NCBI GenBank assembly: GCA_037379345.1
Contig: CM074521.1
Location: 32,326,704 to 32,390,703 of the forward strand
Direction of reading: 5' to 3'
Source of the DNA: Perna viridis
Lineage: Eukaryota
Length of the DNA: 64,000 bases
Shown here: positions 27,601 through 39,239 of the stretch, one piece after another
Layout of the letters: each line of letters opens with the position of its first letter
Numbering within the stretch: position 1 is the first letter of the stretch
The notes under the pieces: generated by a model
Seen by the model: only the letters and a program-made list of their open reading frames with translations
What the model was told of the DNA's origin: nothing
Database searches by the model: none
Made by a program: the position numbers and the translations under genes

Positions 27601-30600
27601 AAAACAGCCATGTCGATATAACTTGTATTTCTAGGCAGTTAGATGATTACACAACAGTTGCTTATGTACAGGGCATTAACATGATAAAATGACTGCCCGA
27701 AAGACAATGATGTTGCCTGAAACACTAATGATACTTCGAGTCGCAGGTGAGGGCATCATCATTGTGGAAGGCAATGTCACTTCCCACGAGCAGTCAATTT
27801 ATCGATAATGCCCAACATAGCAACTTTCCTGAATATTTCATTGAAGAATCTGAAGAGGGCGTTATACCGTGTGATAATGCCCTCATGATCATATATTAAC
27901 CTACATTTAAAAGTATAGCTTAATCTGCTTTGATATGATATTTTTTCAACAGTATTTAAACCAATACAAAAAAGAACCGATAAGGTCAAACGTAACAAAA
28001 TGCACCAGATCATGGGCGATTGTAGGGAGCAATTGGTTAACTGATATTGACAATAATTCCAGAATTCATGGTGACGAAATCCAGGAAAATTGTATACAAA
28101 ATATAAATTCCGGACAGACATCAAGAAAAAGGAATACAATATTTATCACCAAATGATTGCTTCCCTGTACAGTCAGTTTTCTAATGATTATTTAGTTCAA
28201 CAGTTATTAAACTAATCCCTACAAATAGCAAGCAAGTAAGAACGCATTGTGAATTTGAAAGGAGAGTCTAATGAGTTTTTGATAATATGTGAACATAACA
28301 TAATTCGAATTACCACCGCAGGAGTTGTAAAATACATCGTTTCAAATGATTTATAGCTATTTACTACTTATTTTCTTGTCATTTAACAGTAGAATTAGTA
28401 ATCTTGTGTTTGCATAGCTTTATAAATATTGCATGTCATGCTATATATTTCATAGTTTTATCTTGCATTATTTCTTAAAATAATTCACCGATTTTCACCT
28501 GTAATAACTTCATTTCAGATTTCACTAACAACCAAAACACGAAGGCAACAAATATGTGTCTTATAAGTAGATAATGTCGACAATTATATTGATCTTTTAA
28601 ACAAAATATGTTTAAAATGTTTTTACACAAAGTACTAAATCAACATGCAACATTTACACTGAAGGTTTAGTGCATGCCTATATTTTTTTCATTTTTTCCC
28701 GCATACACAATGCAAATATGGGTTTTGGGATAAAGACAGAGAATAAATAAAAGGAACGAATTTGTTTAAAGTACAGGTCCAAGTAAAAGTCAGGTGGTGA
28801 TACAAAAAATATTTTAAATAGTTTTGTTCATTTATGAAATTATTTTGTGCGTGAAATTTTGTTTTTATATCCCCTTGCGCAAACATAGTTTTTTTTATTA
28901 TTCAAATGTATTCACCACTGATAGTACTAGCGAAATATCTACTCATAGTTAGTGCAATGAGAGATACTATATTTGACTTTTAATGTTTGAGATGACAAGT
29001 AGAAAAAAAGTTTCAAGATTTTTGTCAAACGAAACATGTAAAATAAGTTATTGGCATACAAGGAAAGTATATATATACATACAGAATCCTGGAAGTGTAT
29101 GTCGGCTCCTTCCTGCAGTAGTTGCAATGCCAACTTCTTATTCTTTTGCTTAGTTGCATATAGGAGCTCAGATCCAGATTTGTCCTGAAACAAAACACTT
29201 TTTTGTATTGTGTACAGATCTTACCCGTCGGACATTTTCGTAAGTAACTATTTTCCTGTTCCTAGCATGGGATATTATACATGTTATCCCATTATACGAA
29301 CTGCGTATTTTTCCATGTACTTGCATGCAGCTCTACAATAGATTTCCATTAATCTGGTAGCGGTGACTTAATTACACGTGTACCCCACATCATTTGATAA
29401 GAGTAAAAGCAAAAAGACCTTTATCAGAACGAGGAATGAAACTTTGTGTATCATTCAAAGTTAGGAAAAAAACTAGTCCAAGAAAACAGATAAAACATCA
29501 TAAACAACATGAATTAACTAAAAGAATATAAACAGAAATCTAAAAAATTTTAGAATATCAACTTTATTGTTATAGATTTATTTAATAAATGAGCATCCCG
29601 AACTAAACTAAAGCTGGTAGGGTGAACAAGATGCACTGGTAAGGTAAGCGTTCTATACTTTTCCAGAAACAACTGCCGCATTTCTTATATAATTTCAAAA
29701 CTTGGCTTAAGCAATACAGGGAAACCACAACATTTTGGAAAAGATATGTTCTTATGTGGAGATGGCCGTACCACAACGTTTTCACTGTGCGGTTCATGAA
29801 CATCTGAATTGCTTGTACAAACATACTTTTTCCAATAGCTTATTTGTCAGAGGTTTAACACAGTTAAAAATAATCCGAGAAGCTTCGGAAAGCTCTGGCA
29901 TACGGCTGGCTCTGATATGAAAAAAATATATACATGTACGCAGAGTCTCAAGAAATGTTTTATATAGTCTTCAACATGTATTTTACACATAATGTATATG
30001 TCTAAATAATAGAAAATAGTTTTTGTGTACCCCCAATGCAATGAAGCTGGTTAAAATATTGTTTTAACTCGGTTTCTCTTTCGTGTAACTTCCGTCTTGT
30101 ACGTGGAAATCATCGGAAACGGCTGAGTTGATTAAACCGAACTTGGCACAAAAATAAACCACCATATGTGGATGCTCAGAAACACATTTTTAAAACAGCC
30201 GCTGTTCAAAGTTTTAACAATTCGTCAGGAAATAAGTAAAAGTCCATATAAGGTTTTAAAAAGGTCAGACATTATATCGGATATCGATTGATTATATTGA
30301 AATTTAAATATGGCCGCCATTCCAATATAGCTGACGGTCAAACAATTTTGTTTTAATCAAAAAATAGAAAAAAAACATGGAGTCGTACATGTACAAAGTG
30401 CATTTTTCCCTGTGACAATGGCGGGTAGGCGGTGTTGGGGATCATCTGTTACGCTGTGTGCAACTATAATTATATCTACATGTAGTTCTCTATGATTAGT
30501 TCATTTCTTCTACTTCTTAAACAGCTACATTTGTGTAGATATTTGCAATATTACAATATGAACGAACGGTGATCCGCACGGTCAAAATACCCATATAATG

Positions 30601-31158
30601 GTCCGGAAAATATATCTAAAAAAAACCTTCACATTTGTGTGACTATATTTATGTCATAAATCAAAAAATCTATCCTAAATTAAACATTACCTCTGGCTCA
30701 GGTGCTTTCTCTGTCACGTGACTCTTTATCTCATTGTCGACAGGAACAATGGTATTTTTCTTCGAAATTTTGTGCCTAAGTTTCTTATTCTTTTGATTTG
30801 TATCTTTTACAGTATCAACATCCTGATCACGTGATGTATCCTGATTTTGAGCATCACTTTCTCCTATTTTCTCTCCATTGCCTTTGCTATCTTGTGATCT
30901 AAATGAGTCACTTGGATTTATAACATGATGTGGTTCAACACTTTGATTTTCTCTGCTTGCAGAATCGCTTTTATTAACTGGTTCGTATTCTTTGTTTCTA
31001 GATTCCTTATTACCGGTGTCTGGTTCTGACTTTTCACTTGGTTCACTTGAAACACCGCCACCATCTCGATTGTCAGGTCCAGAATATGGTTCCACATTCC
31101 CACCTTGTTCTTCCTGGCTTCCTTGTGGATCTACAACATCTGTCGATGGATCGCTCAT
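16793..31158 (-). CDS. Ankyrin repeat / ZU5 / UPA-like / death-domain protein (~900 aa, PIDD1/DTHD1/ankyrin-like architecture); complement join(30691-31158,29083-29184,27308-27406,26229-26327,25806-25904,24983-25083,23937-24270,22912-23103,21876-22165,20986-21244,19144-19450,18821-18865,16793-17100)
   Basis: 13 exons with GT-AG boundaries and matching phases give a 2703-nt frame with no internal stop. Features: phase-0 99/102-nt ankyrin exons (GETALHKAA, GRTPLELA, TVLHYAA), ZU5-like AEIAIPEDTF...PIDMKLP...DWE...FQIRHFSIF, and a helical C-terminal death-fold pattern (LIHLSKRL..LAMQL...IFLKWR...LAITLEKM). Confidence 0.85.
17987..18638 (-). mobile_element. tRNA-box-containing, terminally redundant ~410-bp retroelement (retrozyme/PLE-associated type) with an appended inverted partial copy, in (TA)n
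   Basis: Direct repeat CGTCTCAGAATGTGACGACTCTAT at 17987 and 18399; minus-strand A box TGGCCGAGTGG and B box GAGTTCGAGTCC; 18423-18638 is the reverse complement of parts of 18063-18369; flanked by (TA)n. Confidence 0.8.
18821..18865 (-). CDS. ANK-ZU5-DD 45-nt linker exon
   Basis: ttttacag| DETKTSGSHIKDIQ t|gtaagt, symmetric phase 1. Confidence 0.7.
19144..19450 (-). CDS. ANK-ZU5-DD exon (UPA-like region, continued)
   Basis: tacag| VQFIGNVKR...LMFNPNREN...PVGSIKI...QEPEPD g|gtaaaa. Confidence 0.82.
20169..20479. mobile_element. TTAA-flanked MITE
   Basis: TTAAGTAG...AATCATGCAAATTCTG on the left mirrors CAGATTTTGCATGATT...CTACTTAA on the right. Confidence 0.7.
20986..21244 (-). CDS. ANK-ZU5-DD exon (UPA-like region)
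   Basis: tacag| FTGVVKKKVEND...VEFFVMVQP...VVLEC...NQWFK |gtaagt. Confidence 0.85.
21876..22165 (-). CDS. ANK-ZU5-DD exon (ZU5 C-terminal half ending in HFS)
   Basis: tatag| VTETKDVG...PKQPIDMKLPM...DWEIVD...FQIRHFS at|gtaaat. Confidence 0.87.
22912..23103 (-). CDS. ANK-ZU5-DD exon (ZU5-like start)
   Basis: tttag| RTEVKATIIVKP...EPDAEIAIPEDTFDEPGDLLFN |gtaagt. Confidence 0.85.
23689..23775. repeat. 22-bp tandem repeat x4 (CATGAATCACCTTACAATAGGT) inside a dispersed repeat (~23430-23797) also present at ~8725-9046
   Basis: Direct reading; the other copy has a single unit (ccatgaattactttactattgg), and both end in GGACTGGTACTTAA. Confidence 0.85.
23937..24270 (-). CDS. ANK-ZU5-DD exon (beta-rich, possible first ZU5-like unit)
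   Basis: ttgcag| GIKYSIKRIG...LFSEIFECRVWG...RNEEKN |gtaagt. Confidence 0.85.
24415..24866 (+). mobile_element. Penelope-like 3' fragment in an intron of the ANK-ZU5-DD gene
   Basis: Homologous to 42805-43290. Confidence 0.82.
24983..25083 (-). CDS. ANK-ZU5-DD exon
   Basis: cgtag| IWVDEALKSKDKKDQAIIHIFQLQWPRLPGFKH gg|gtaaat. Confidence 0.8.
25806..25904 (-). CDS. ANK-ZU5-DD exon, ankyrin repeat 4
   Basis: 99 nt, EGRTPLELAVAGKHVKVLEVLCMFGADLVMQDW |gttggt. Confidence 0.88.
26229..26327 (-). CDS. ANK-ZU5-DD exon, ankyrin repeat 3
   Basis: 99 nt, NGETALHKAARGGHDMTMVILVAQGGDVHALNW |gtcagt. Confidence 0.9.
26660..27242. repeat. Nested MITE-like elements: AACCCATAGATAAC-repeat element interrupted by an AAACGCACGAT-repeat element (26770-27100, CCCGC...GCGGG ends)
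   Basis: Two distinct sets of short motifs, each in both orientations. Confidence 0.6.
27308..27406 (-). CDS. ANK-ZU5-DD exon, ankyrin repeat 2
   Basis: 99 nt, VKCTVLHYAALAGFDDLVIKLLEKGSSVKEWDT |gtgagt. Confidence 0.9.
29083..29184 (-). CDS. ANK-ZU5-DD exon, ankyrin repeat 1
   Basis: ttcag| DKSGSELLYATKQKNKKLALQLLQEGADIHFQDS |gtatgt. Confidence 0.88.
30691..31158 (-). CDS. ANK-ZU5-DD gene, first coding exon (polar low-complexity N-terminus)
   Basis: ORF MSDPSTDVVDPQ...APEPE; donor gag|gtaatg; upstream acceptor near 31186 implies a 5' UTR exon. Confidence 0.75.
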
Positions 31159-33171
31159 GATAACTCACTGTGGCAGGTCACATTTTCTTTAATTGAAAAC
31201 AGCATAATTATCAAAATACGCAATTAAAATACTAGTGGCCTCGTATTGACCAGATATTTAAGTTTGTTTGCATGGGAAGACAACTCAAAACAGCCTGCTA
31301 TTAAATATCTACCAAGCTTTAATTGTGCATACACATAAACTTCTTATTCAAATTTGGCATATTTCCATCAATGGGGCTACATATATGTTCAAGTTTTATG
31401 GTAATCGTTCAAATGAATTTTTTTCCTCCAAGAGGTTGAGAAATAGCTGAGTTGATCATGAAATCAGTAGTCCGGCACATTGTTAAGTTATTTAAACATA
31501 CCTATGATCGAAATCAATATTAGTTAGCTATCTTTATTTAAATTATTTTTAATGGTGCGTACATGTACTTCGTTGTCTTACAAAATTTTCACAATATAAA
31601 TATACAAAATTATAATTAAAACGTGTAAAACTACCACTGATGACATTTCTAAAACTTTTTTTCTTAAGACGGGAGACGTTAAACTAAATCTGAATGAGTC
31701 AGTGTGTAATAGTTATGTGCCACAGCACCGAATAAGCTACTTAATCATGCTAGTACAACGTCCATTTCTTCTGGCCACACTTTGTTGTACGCAGTAATTG
31801 TAGAGGAAAAAAAACAAATATTTATTATTGTTTTTTCTTGAACATTACGTTTTATTCTATACTTTGTAGAAGACTTCTTTATAACTACTTACATCTGTAT
31901 ATAGTTGACTGTTTTCGTACTGCTTTAAAGAATTGTTTTCTTTTTCCCTACTAACTTTCAATACACATCATGTATTTTACTTAATGAAAAAAACTATGTC
32001 AGTACAGTTCTAATTGTTCTATCAATACAACTTTTTAACATTTTGAAAATAATACAAATTTTGCCTTTAACTGAAAATCGAATTAAAAAAAGGAGCATTT
32101 GCGACATACATGTAGTTCCATAACGAAACCGTGGTTTAAATATAGTCAAAAGAAATCATTTTGAGGACAGCTTAGAACACGTTTGAATTTTTAACATCGA
32201 AAAAATAAACCTATATATGCCTGATTTTTTTATTCACAAGGAAAACAACCAGGTCCTGTTCCTAATATTTAAAGCACCAGCCGATGTGAAAAGAATTATC
32301 CAATTACATTTTTATGAACCGTCTCGATCAGATTATACCAACGATCGATTTTATGAATATTAAAGAAAAAAATGCTTTGTATATTCAACATGTAATACAC
32401 TGTAGGTTCGATTTAATCTATACACGTGTACGTTCGTTAAGTTTGAGAAGAAATGAGTTGGTTGGCAACTTAATAAAAAAAAAATATTTATAAGAACATA
32501 ATTTCTTTTTCTTCTTAAAAAATATACTACCCCGTTATTCATTTTTATCTTGATAAACTTACAAGAAAAAGTTTTATGTAAGAAAAAGCTTTGAAAAATA
32601 AAGAATGGACACAGTTAAGTGAAAAATCCATTGGCCATAAAACACGCCAAACTCTCTAAAAAAAAAAAAAAAAAACGAAAATAGGAGGAAAGAAGTCAAA
32701 TATAAAATTCATAGTATCCTACCTGCGTTTATAAAGTATCTTCAATGACAAATAAAATAACTAATTTTGAAAAGAATAAAGAATAATATAATTGTAACAA
32801 CCCTACCTCAAGTTTCAAAGACAGATAGTAATCATGTATTGACATGCCGTAAGAATGCACACAATAATTACGCAGATCTGTCCGTGTGCCAAAATAAACA
32901 GCGATAAGGCATTGATGCTTTGTTTCTTTTTCGAACTTCCTTGTTCACCAGAGCGTGAGATGGTCGATTGTAGAGATATTTAAATCAAACTAAAATAAAC
33001 TGTCTTGTTTTTTAGCAACTACCGTAGAACCTTTTCAGTACAGTTTAAATTATCGCGAATCAGAGAATTTGAATATACATGTAAAATATATATATATATA
33101 TCGATTGAAGTACAGCGTACATGTAGCTTGTGTGAACACTCCTCTGACCCAGATTTTCTCCGCAGAACGAA

Positions 33172-33617
33172 GCGTGTACTATCTGAAATAGCCTGGGTTT
33201 GTTGGTGTTTTAATTTTTGTTGGAAATTAGTGTAGAGCGCTAGCCTTACTATCTTTCGGGTGGATTAAGGTGGATTAGCCAATGCGCATGCGAATGACGT
33301 CACGTTCGGTGACCGTGGACTGAAAGTGACCGGTTGTGGACCTTGGGTATGACCAGAAGTGGACCTTGGGGACCGGAAGTTGACCGTGAAAAGGGGGAGA
33401 CGGAAGTGACTAAAGGGAGGGGATGACCGGATTTGAACATTGGATAAGACAGGTGACCAGTACGGGAGAGGGAGCGGATGTGGACTTTAGGATACAGGAA
33501 GTGGACATAATGATCTATTAAGGGAACATGGGGGTCATTTGATCTAGGAAAGGGGGCTAAAGGGCCGGGGGCGGATACGACCCTCGTAGGAATCCCCATT
33601 TTATGACTTAATTAGTG
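33172..33617. repeat. Dispersed ~450-bp repeat with internal GACCGGAAGTGGAC-like subrepeats, copy 1 (possible Helitron-related terminus or non-autonomous element)
   Basis: Aligns by eye with 45267-45747; both copies end at atgactta.ttagtg after an ACGACCCTCGT hairpin. Confidence 0.8.
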
Positions 33618-33851
33618 CTTAGAGTTTTTTTTTCTTCGTATATTTGGTTTGTTTTATTGATACATTTTTATTAACTTTAATTGTTTTTTTTTAATTATTT
33701 TTGTGTAATTAATTAATTGTTTGCAATTTCATTGTCTTTGTGTAATATCACTGTCTTGGTGTAATTATGATAAATTGATAGTGTAATTCACTTTAGATAA
33801 ATGTTTTCAAGGTTTACAATAGATGTTTTTCTATCGTGTTTTTTACTGTAT

Positions 33852-35271
33852 TGTAACGCTTTCTCTCGTTACCAATGAAGCAGCTTTAACTTGTAAGAAG
33901 GGTCGAAACTAAAAGACACCAACAGACTGATTGACGACAGACTCAAGTAATTCACGACCTGTGTTTGATAAGTAACGACTAAAACCCAATAAAAATTAAC
34001 TAATTATTATTATAATGTTGATAACTGAACAAGTTCCAGATGAATTAATATAATTTACATCTGTATGCAATATATGAAACTTGGGGAAGTGGCTCTGGTC
34101 AAGCGCTCTTGTTTATTGTCGCAATATGAGATATTGTAAAATGTGTATAAGTGGTAATGAGTCTCAATTCTTCGTACAGCTTTTGTAAGCTACGATTAAT
34201 CAACGAGTCGAACTTCTTTTTTGCGGCACTCACTTGAAGTATAGTTTTGTGCGCTTAGAATAACTAAGTCATTCTGTAGCGTTGGAATGAACTTAACTTT
34301 GTATTGGCTAGTTGTAACTTGAATAGAGTTACAAGAGTAACTCTATTATCAAAGTTTTAGTGCAATAAACCCATTTACGGCAAGGAATTCTTTACCGTAA
34401 ACAATAGCCTTTGGTGCTTTGATTTGTGTTTTTAGCTTATCAGAAAATCGAAATAACATTGAAGATATGTGCTGTACTGATGAAAACGGAATCCCCCCTG
34501 CAGACAAACACAACGGTGTTTCTAAAATTTACAGGGTGTTTCATTTTGTTGGTCGGTTACATAAGGATGATTTTAATTTGTATCCCGGGTAAAGAAAATT
34601 TATGGCAGGTTCAGTAGAACGAGAAATTCCCTTTTGTCTTTCGAGATTTTCTAAAGTATCGTCGATATCTGATGGAAAACCTTACGTGTTCCGAATAGAT
34701 ACCTGCTACAAAGGGAGATAAATGTTGACAAAATGTTGGTCCGCAAGTCGGGAAGAATTCAAAATATTAAGTTAAGTGCCGACTCACTCAATGAACCAGA
34801 TAGATACAATTGACGTTTTCATGTACAAAGAGGTTACAAAGCACCCCTTCATTGTTAGAATTATCAATACTACTGTAATTAATCAGCATTCAATACATTC
34901 AGATCAAAACTTTTAGTATTTCTACTGAAATCTGTAATTAAGATCCCAATTGACTCCAACAAAAATAAAATAAAATAAAATAAAACGTCATTTTGAATTA
35001 AAAAAAGTTCAATATTTGCAGGACTAATACTTGACCAGACCATTCCTACTGTACAAAAAATATAGATAGTCTATTAAACATTCAAATCTACAAAATATCA
35101 TATCGTGTCAACCACCATTGATTTATATCAACCCCCACTTTAATCTGGTAATTCATAACACTGTCTCAGAGCAATATTTATAGAAGTCACTCCATCATTT
35201 CAACCCCTTATTATTTCAATCCTAAAAAAATTCTATTAAGTAAGAGTCAGTCCGTTTCAAAATTCGTTACA
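33852..35271 (-). repeat. 3' LTR of the Gypsy element (~1.4 kb)
   Basis: TGTAACG...CGTTACA terminal inverted repeat; G-rich polypurine tract (poly-C on +, ~35279-35296) adjacent; first ~110 bp match 44410-44520. Confidence 0.85.
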
Positions 35272-35334
35272 CTGCCGACCCCCCCCCCCCCTCTTAGAAA
35301 AGACTGTACGACCTGTATAGATTAAAGCTTAAAT

Positions 35335-36085
35335 CACACACCTCTATTATCAACTTTCATACATCTCCTCACACACTTCTACTTTTACTGGGTACTCCGC
35401 ACTACCATTTCATGTCTCTGAATCACTCGACTATATCTCACTACTTAATGCGGAATAAATCTCTCTTTCAAAATTTTTTTGCCTACCACGCGAATTCGAA
35501 CTCTTCTCCCTCACTACCATTTTCTTTATCCATGTCATCTGAATCCTCTGTTAGATCTATTACTGACTCGTTACTATCATCGTCGGTGCTCATTCCCCGT
35601 TCCTGAATCTGCCACACATGATAAAATGACGGTGTTATTGTTTCTTTGTCCCTATATTCTGGTTTCGCTTGCACCGTCTCGCTCTTCATCGCTGCTCTTG
35701 TAGGATCAGCGACCCGAGATGAAGACAACATATATACAGTCCCATCTGGTAACACAACTTTCTCTTCCTTTTTTACAAAACCTTACCCATAAGGTAACAC
35801 GGACCCAACGTAATTATTGTGGGCATTGTAGGATGGCAATTTTTTACCACCAACCTCCACTGACCTCTTCTTCTCTGGCTTATCTGGAAGAACAATTTCC
35901 TCATATTCCGAAGATTTAAGTTGTACATTATTTTGATGCCTGTGTATCCTGTATTTAAGTCCAGAACTAACCATAACAGGACATTTGTTACATTTGAGCA
36001 TCTTCTTTGGATGCTTCAGACGGACATGCCTTATCAATGTAGACCTGTTGCGGTATTCCACTCCACACTTGAAACAACTATACAT
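35335..36085 (-). pseudogene. Extra Gypsy ORF between integrase and PPT: N-terminal C2H2 zinc finger(s), acidic C-terminus, frameshifted
   Basis: MYSCFKCGVEYRNRSTLIRHVRLKH-PKKMLKCNKCP..RIHRH; after a frameshift KKEEKVVLPDGTVY...DDDSNESVIDLTEDSDD. Confidence 0.7.
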
Positions 36086-36283
36086 CTGAAAATACATGTA
36101 CATTTTGAAAATTATATTCAGCAAAACACCTAGACTTTATGACCAGTAGTTATCTAATGCCTTATCTTATTATTATTTTATTGTCATGACTATTTCTATC
36201 AATTATTTTGTAGGTTCAGACAGGCAAGATCATCAGCACTATGAACCTATATTGGTATTTCACCAAAGTATGGTTAAAGCCTG

Positions 36284-39000
36284 TCATGGTGAACAACCAT
36301 AAATTTTTGTGTTTGACTTTTTTATTTTGTATATCACATCAGGAATAACTTCAGTTATTATGTAGGGACCCTCCCAGGAATTTTGTAGCTTTGGACTTAG
36401 GTTTTTGGTACGTGTAAACGTATATAGCCAAACAACATCCCCAGTTTTGTAAGAGTGTTGTTTTGCTCTGATATCATATTGATGTTTTTGTCTGTCACTG
36501 GCTAGGGAGATATTTTTCCGTGCATTTTGTTGTACTTTAAACATGAGTTTTCGTAAATCTCTACCATAGGCATTTGTAGCCCCAGTCTCATTTCGAAATT
36601 TATCCATTTGTGGAAGAGGTCCATATATCAGATCAATGGGGAGTTCTATTTCCCGACCTAGCATTGACATGCTAGGTGAAAGGTTTGTGGTTTAGTGCTC
36701 GGACGATCGATAGACAATTAAAGCTAAAGGGAACAGTTCATCCCAGTCCTTCTGATTTTTGTGGACATATTTATTAAGTATGTCTTCTAATGAAGGATTT
36801 AATAGCTCAACTAATCCGTTACTCTGCTGACGAAAGACAGTAGATCCAGTTTTGTCTATGCGGAGTGTTCTACATAGTTATTTAAATAGGGTTCACTCGA
36901 ATGGTCTTCCCTGGTCCGTATGTATTTGGCTGGGGATACCAAACCGGCATATGAAATAAGTGACAAAACTTTCGGCTATAGTATTTGCCTCCATATGTGT
37001 TAATGGGTATCCCTCTGTCCATTTAGTAAAATAGTCGGAAATGATCAAGACATACTCGTTGCTTTTGTTTGTTAAGCCGTTTTTTTTTAACTTAAGCAAC
37101 CAAGTTAAAGCAACGTGGTTAGTACGTACTAAAAACTCGGTTCCTTTAAGACAATGGTGAAAACGTTTTATATTCAGAATGATAGCTAACAGCTCTCTAT
37201 ATGTGTTACGCAATATTGGCGTAATGCTTTACTCAGAGATGTGCTATCACTGCCTCTTTTCCGTCTGTGATTTGTGATAGAACGGCCCCCACACCATACC
37301 CACAGGCATATATATCAACAACAAATGTTTACGACATATCTGGGTACCTAGTAAAGGTGCAGCTATTAGTGCAGATTTTAAATGCTCAAATGCCTTTTCA
37401 CACTCGTCAGTCCATGTGAATGGACAGTTTTTCTCGGTAGATATGTGCAGTGGTTTGGCTATTACTGCAAAGTATTTTGCATATTTTCTATGGTAGGTGC
37501 AAGTACCGATGAAGGACCAGTATCCTTCACTGGTTTTGGACCCGGCCAATTTTTAACGCTTTCTATTTTCCGGGGTTTACTGCTATGCCTTCTGCAGAGA
37601 CTATATGTCCCAAAAAATGAGACTCGTTTTTGAAACAAAAAAACATTTGTTTGGGGAGATCTTTAAATATTCTTTAGCAATTCTTTCAAGGGCTTCATAC
37701 AGTCGCGATAAATGTGATTCAAAAGAATCTGAGAAAACTATAATGTCATCAATATAGATCAGGCATGCCTGCCAGTTAAGGCCAGCGAGGATCGCCGAAA
37801 AGTGGCTACGCCGCTGCATAAACCCATTGCCATTACTTTAAATTGAAACAACCCTTTGGTGCTCATAAAGGCCGTTTTTTTCTCGTCCCGTTCGTCCATT
37901 TGTACTTGGAAATATCCACTAGACAAGTCGAGTACGCTGAACCAGGTTGAACCTCGTAACACATCTAACGAATCATCAATTCTCGGGAGGGGATATGAAT
38001 CCTTTACTGTGAGATTGTTAAGACACCTCATGTCGGCGCAAAGTCTTATAGAACCATCTAAGGGCTTTTAGACGGTCCTATAATGTTACAGTTAGGAGTC
38101 GCTGTATCTCTTTGCCAACTGCTTCCCTTTTTGAAATTGGTATACGCCTAGACGCTTGTTTAAAAGTCTTGGCGTTTCCAGTATGTTTTTATGTTTAATA
38201 CTACACGCAAAGTTGTTTTGTTTTTAGAAAACGTATTACTATGTTTTTTTATTAGAGCATGCAACTTTAAGGCTTGTGCATCCGCTAAAAACTCCCTACT
38301 CTTGCTTTTTACCACCCTTAAATGGTCCTGAGGATCATTCTCTTTATTTGTTTTAATTGCCCCATTCGGTATGATTCGCCTCATTTGAAAGAATAGCTAG
38401 GGCATCTATTGACTCACAAGAGACTTCACACGTAGCCTGTGATAACTCGATTTCTTATTCTGTTATATTAGCCAATCTCAAGGAGATTTGACCAAAACTA
38501 GGATCAACAAATGATTTAGCAAAAAAATTTTTGAACATGTTTTTTGTGAGCTGGCTCTAAAATTGCATTCATGTGCCCACTTGAATCACCAACCACGTAT
38601 CTCTGAGTTACTGTTTCAGAATAAGGGGGAATTTTATCATTTTCCACTAAAGAAATTTTAAAAATTAAATCAGTATGATAATCTTTAGAACATAGTATTT
38701 TGCTTTTCCCTATGGTTAATATGCCGTCGCCCATTGCTATCGTATATCTATGTTTGGTTAGAAAATCATAGCCTTGTACGGCAGGGACATCTATTTCTGC
38801 AACTGTAAATCTATGTATGATCTCAAAATATTACCTAATCGTACAGGCAATTAAAAAAACCCCACAATTTCGAACACCTTTAGTTTATTTTAGGCCTTTT
38901 ATCCTTAGGTACAAGATTCAATTTTATTGGATGTATAATGCAAACAGAAGACCAAGTCCAGTGTCAATCAAACAATTGATTTCAGGTTCAATTGTAGTAC
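36284..39000 (-). pseudogene. Gypsy pol remnant (protease, RT, RNase H, integrase)
   Basis: LIDTG; DSYPLPRIDDSLD..WFSVLDLSSGYFQV; CLIYIDDIIVFS; FTWTDECEKAF; RELLAII..RTNHVALTWL; SDYFTKWTE..FGIPSQIHTDQG; KLQNSWEGPY. Confidence 0.93.
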
Positions 39001-39239
39001 ATTTTAGGAACAAACTATCATGTATGTTCAAATTCAAAGAACTGATGGGCTCTTTATTTATAAATTTGTCTGCTGGTAACTGGTCCTCGTCTCCGGCATT
39101 TAAAAGTTTCCCTGGTGCGTATAATTGACCTCTCTGTCAGTTTGTGCACCCTGAGTCTTTTTAGTACTTTGATTTAGGAGGTATGTTCCCCATTGAGAAC
39201 GTGACCTTTCAACCGACGTATGCTTTGTCATATTTATAT

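Noticed and set aside
32915-32945. IRF/ETS-like sites (GAAAAAGAAA, AGGAAG on the minus strand) near the putative TSS of the death-domain gene
   Set aside because: Short motifs that arise by chance in AT-rich DNA, and the TSS is not established
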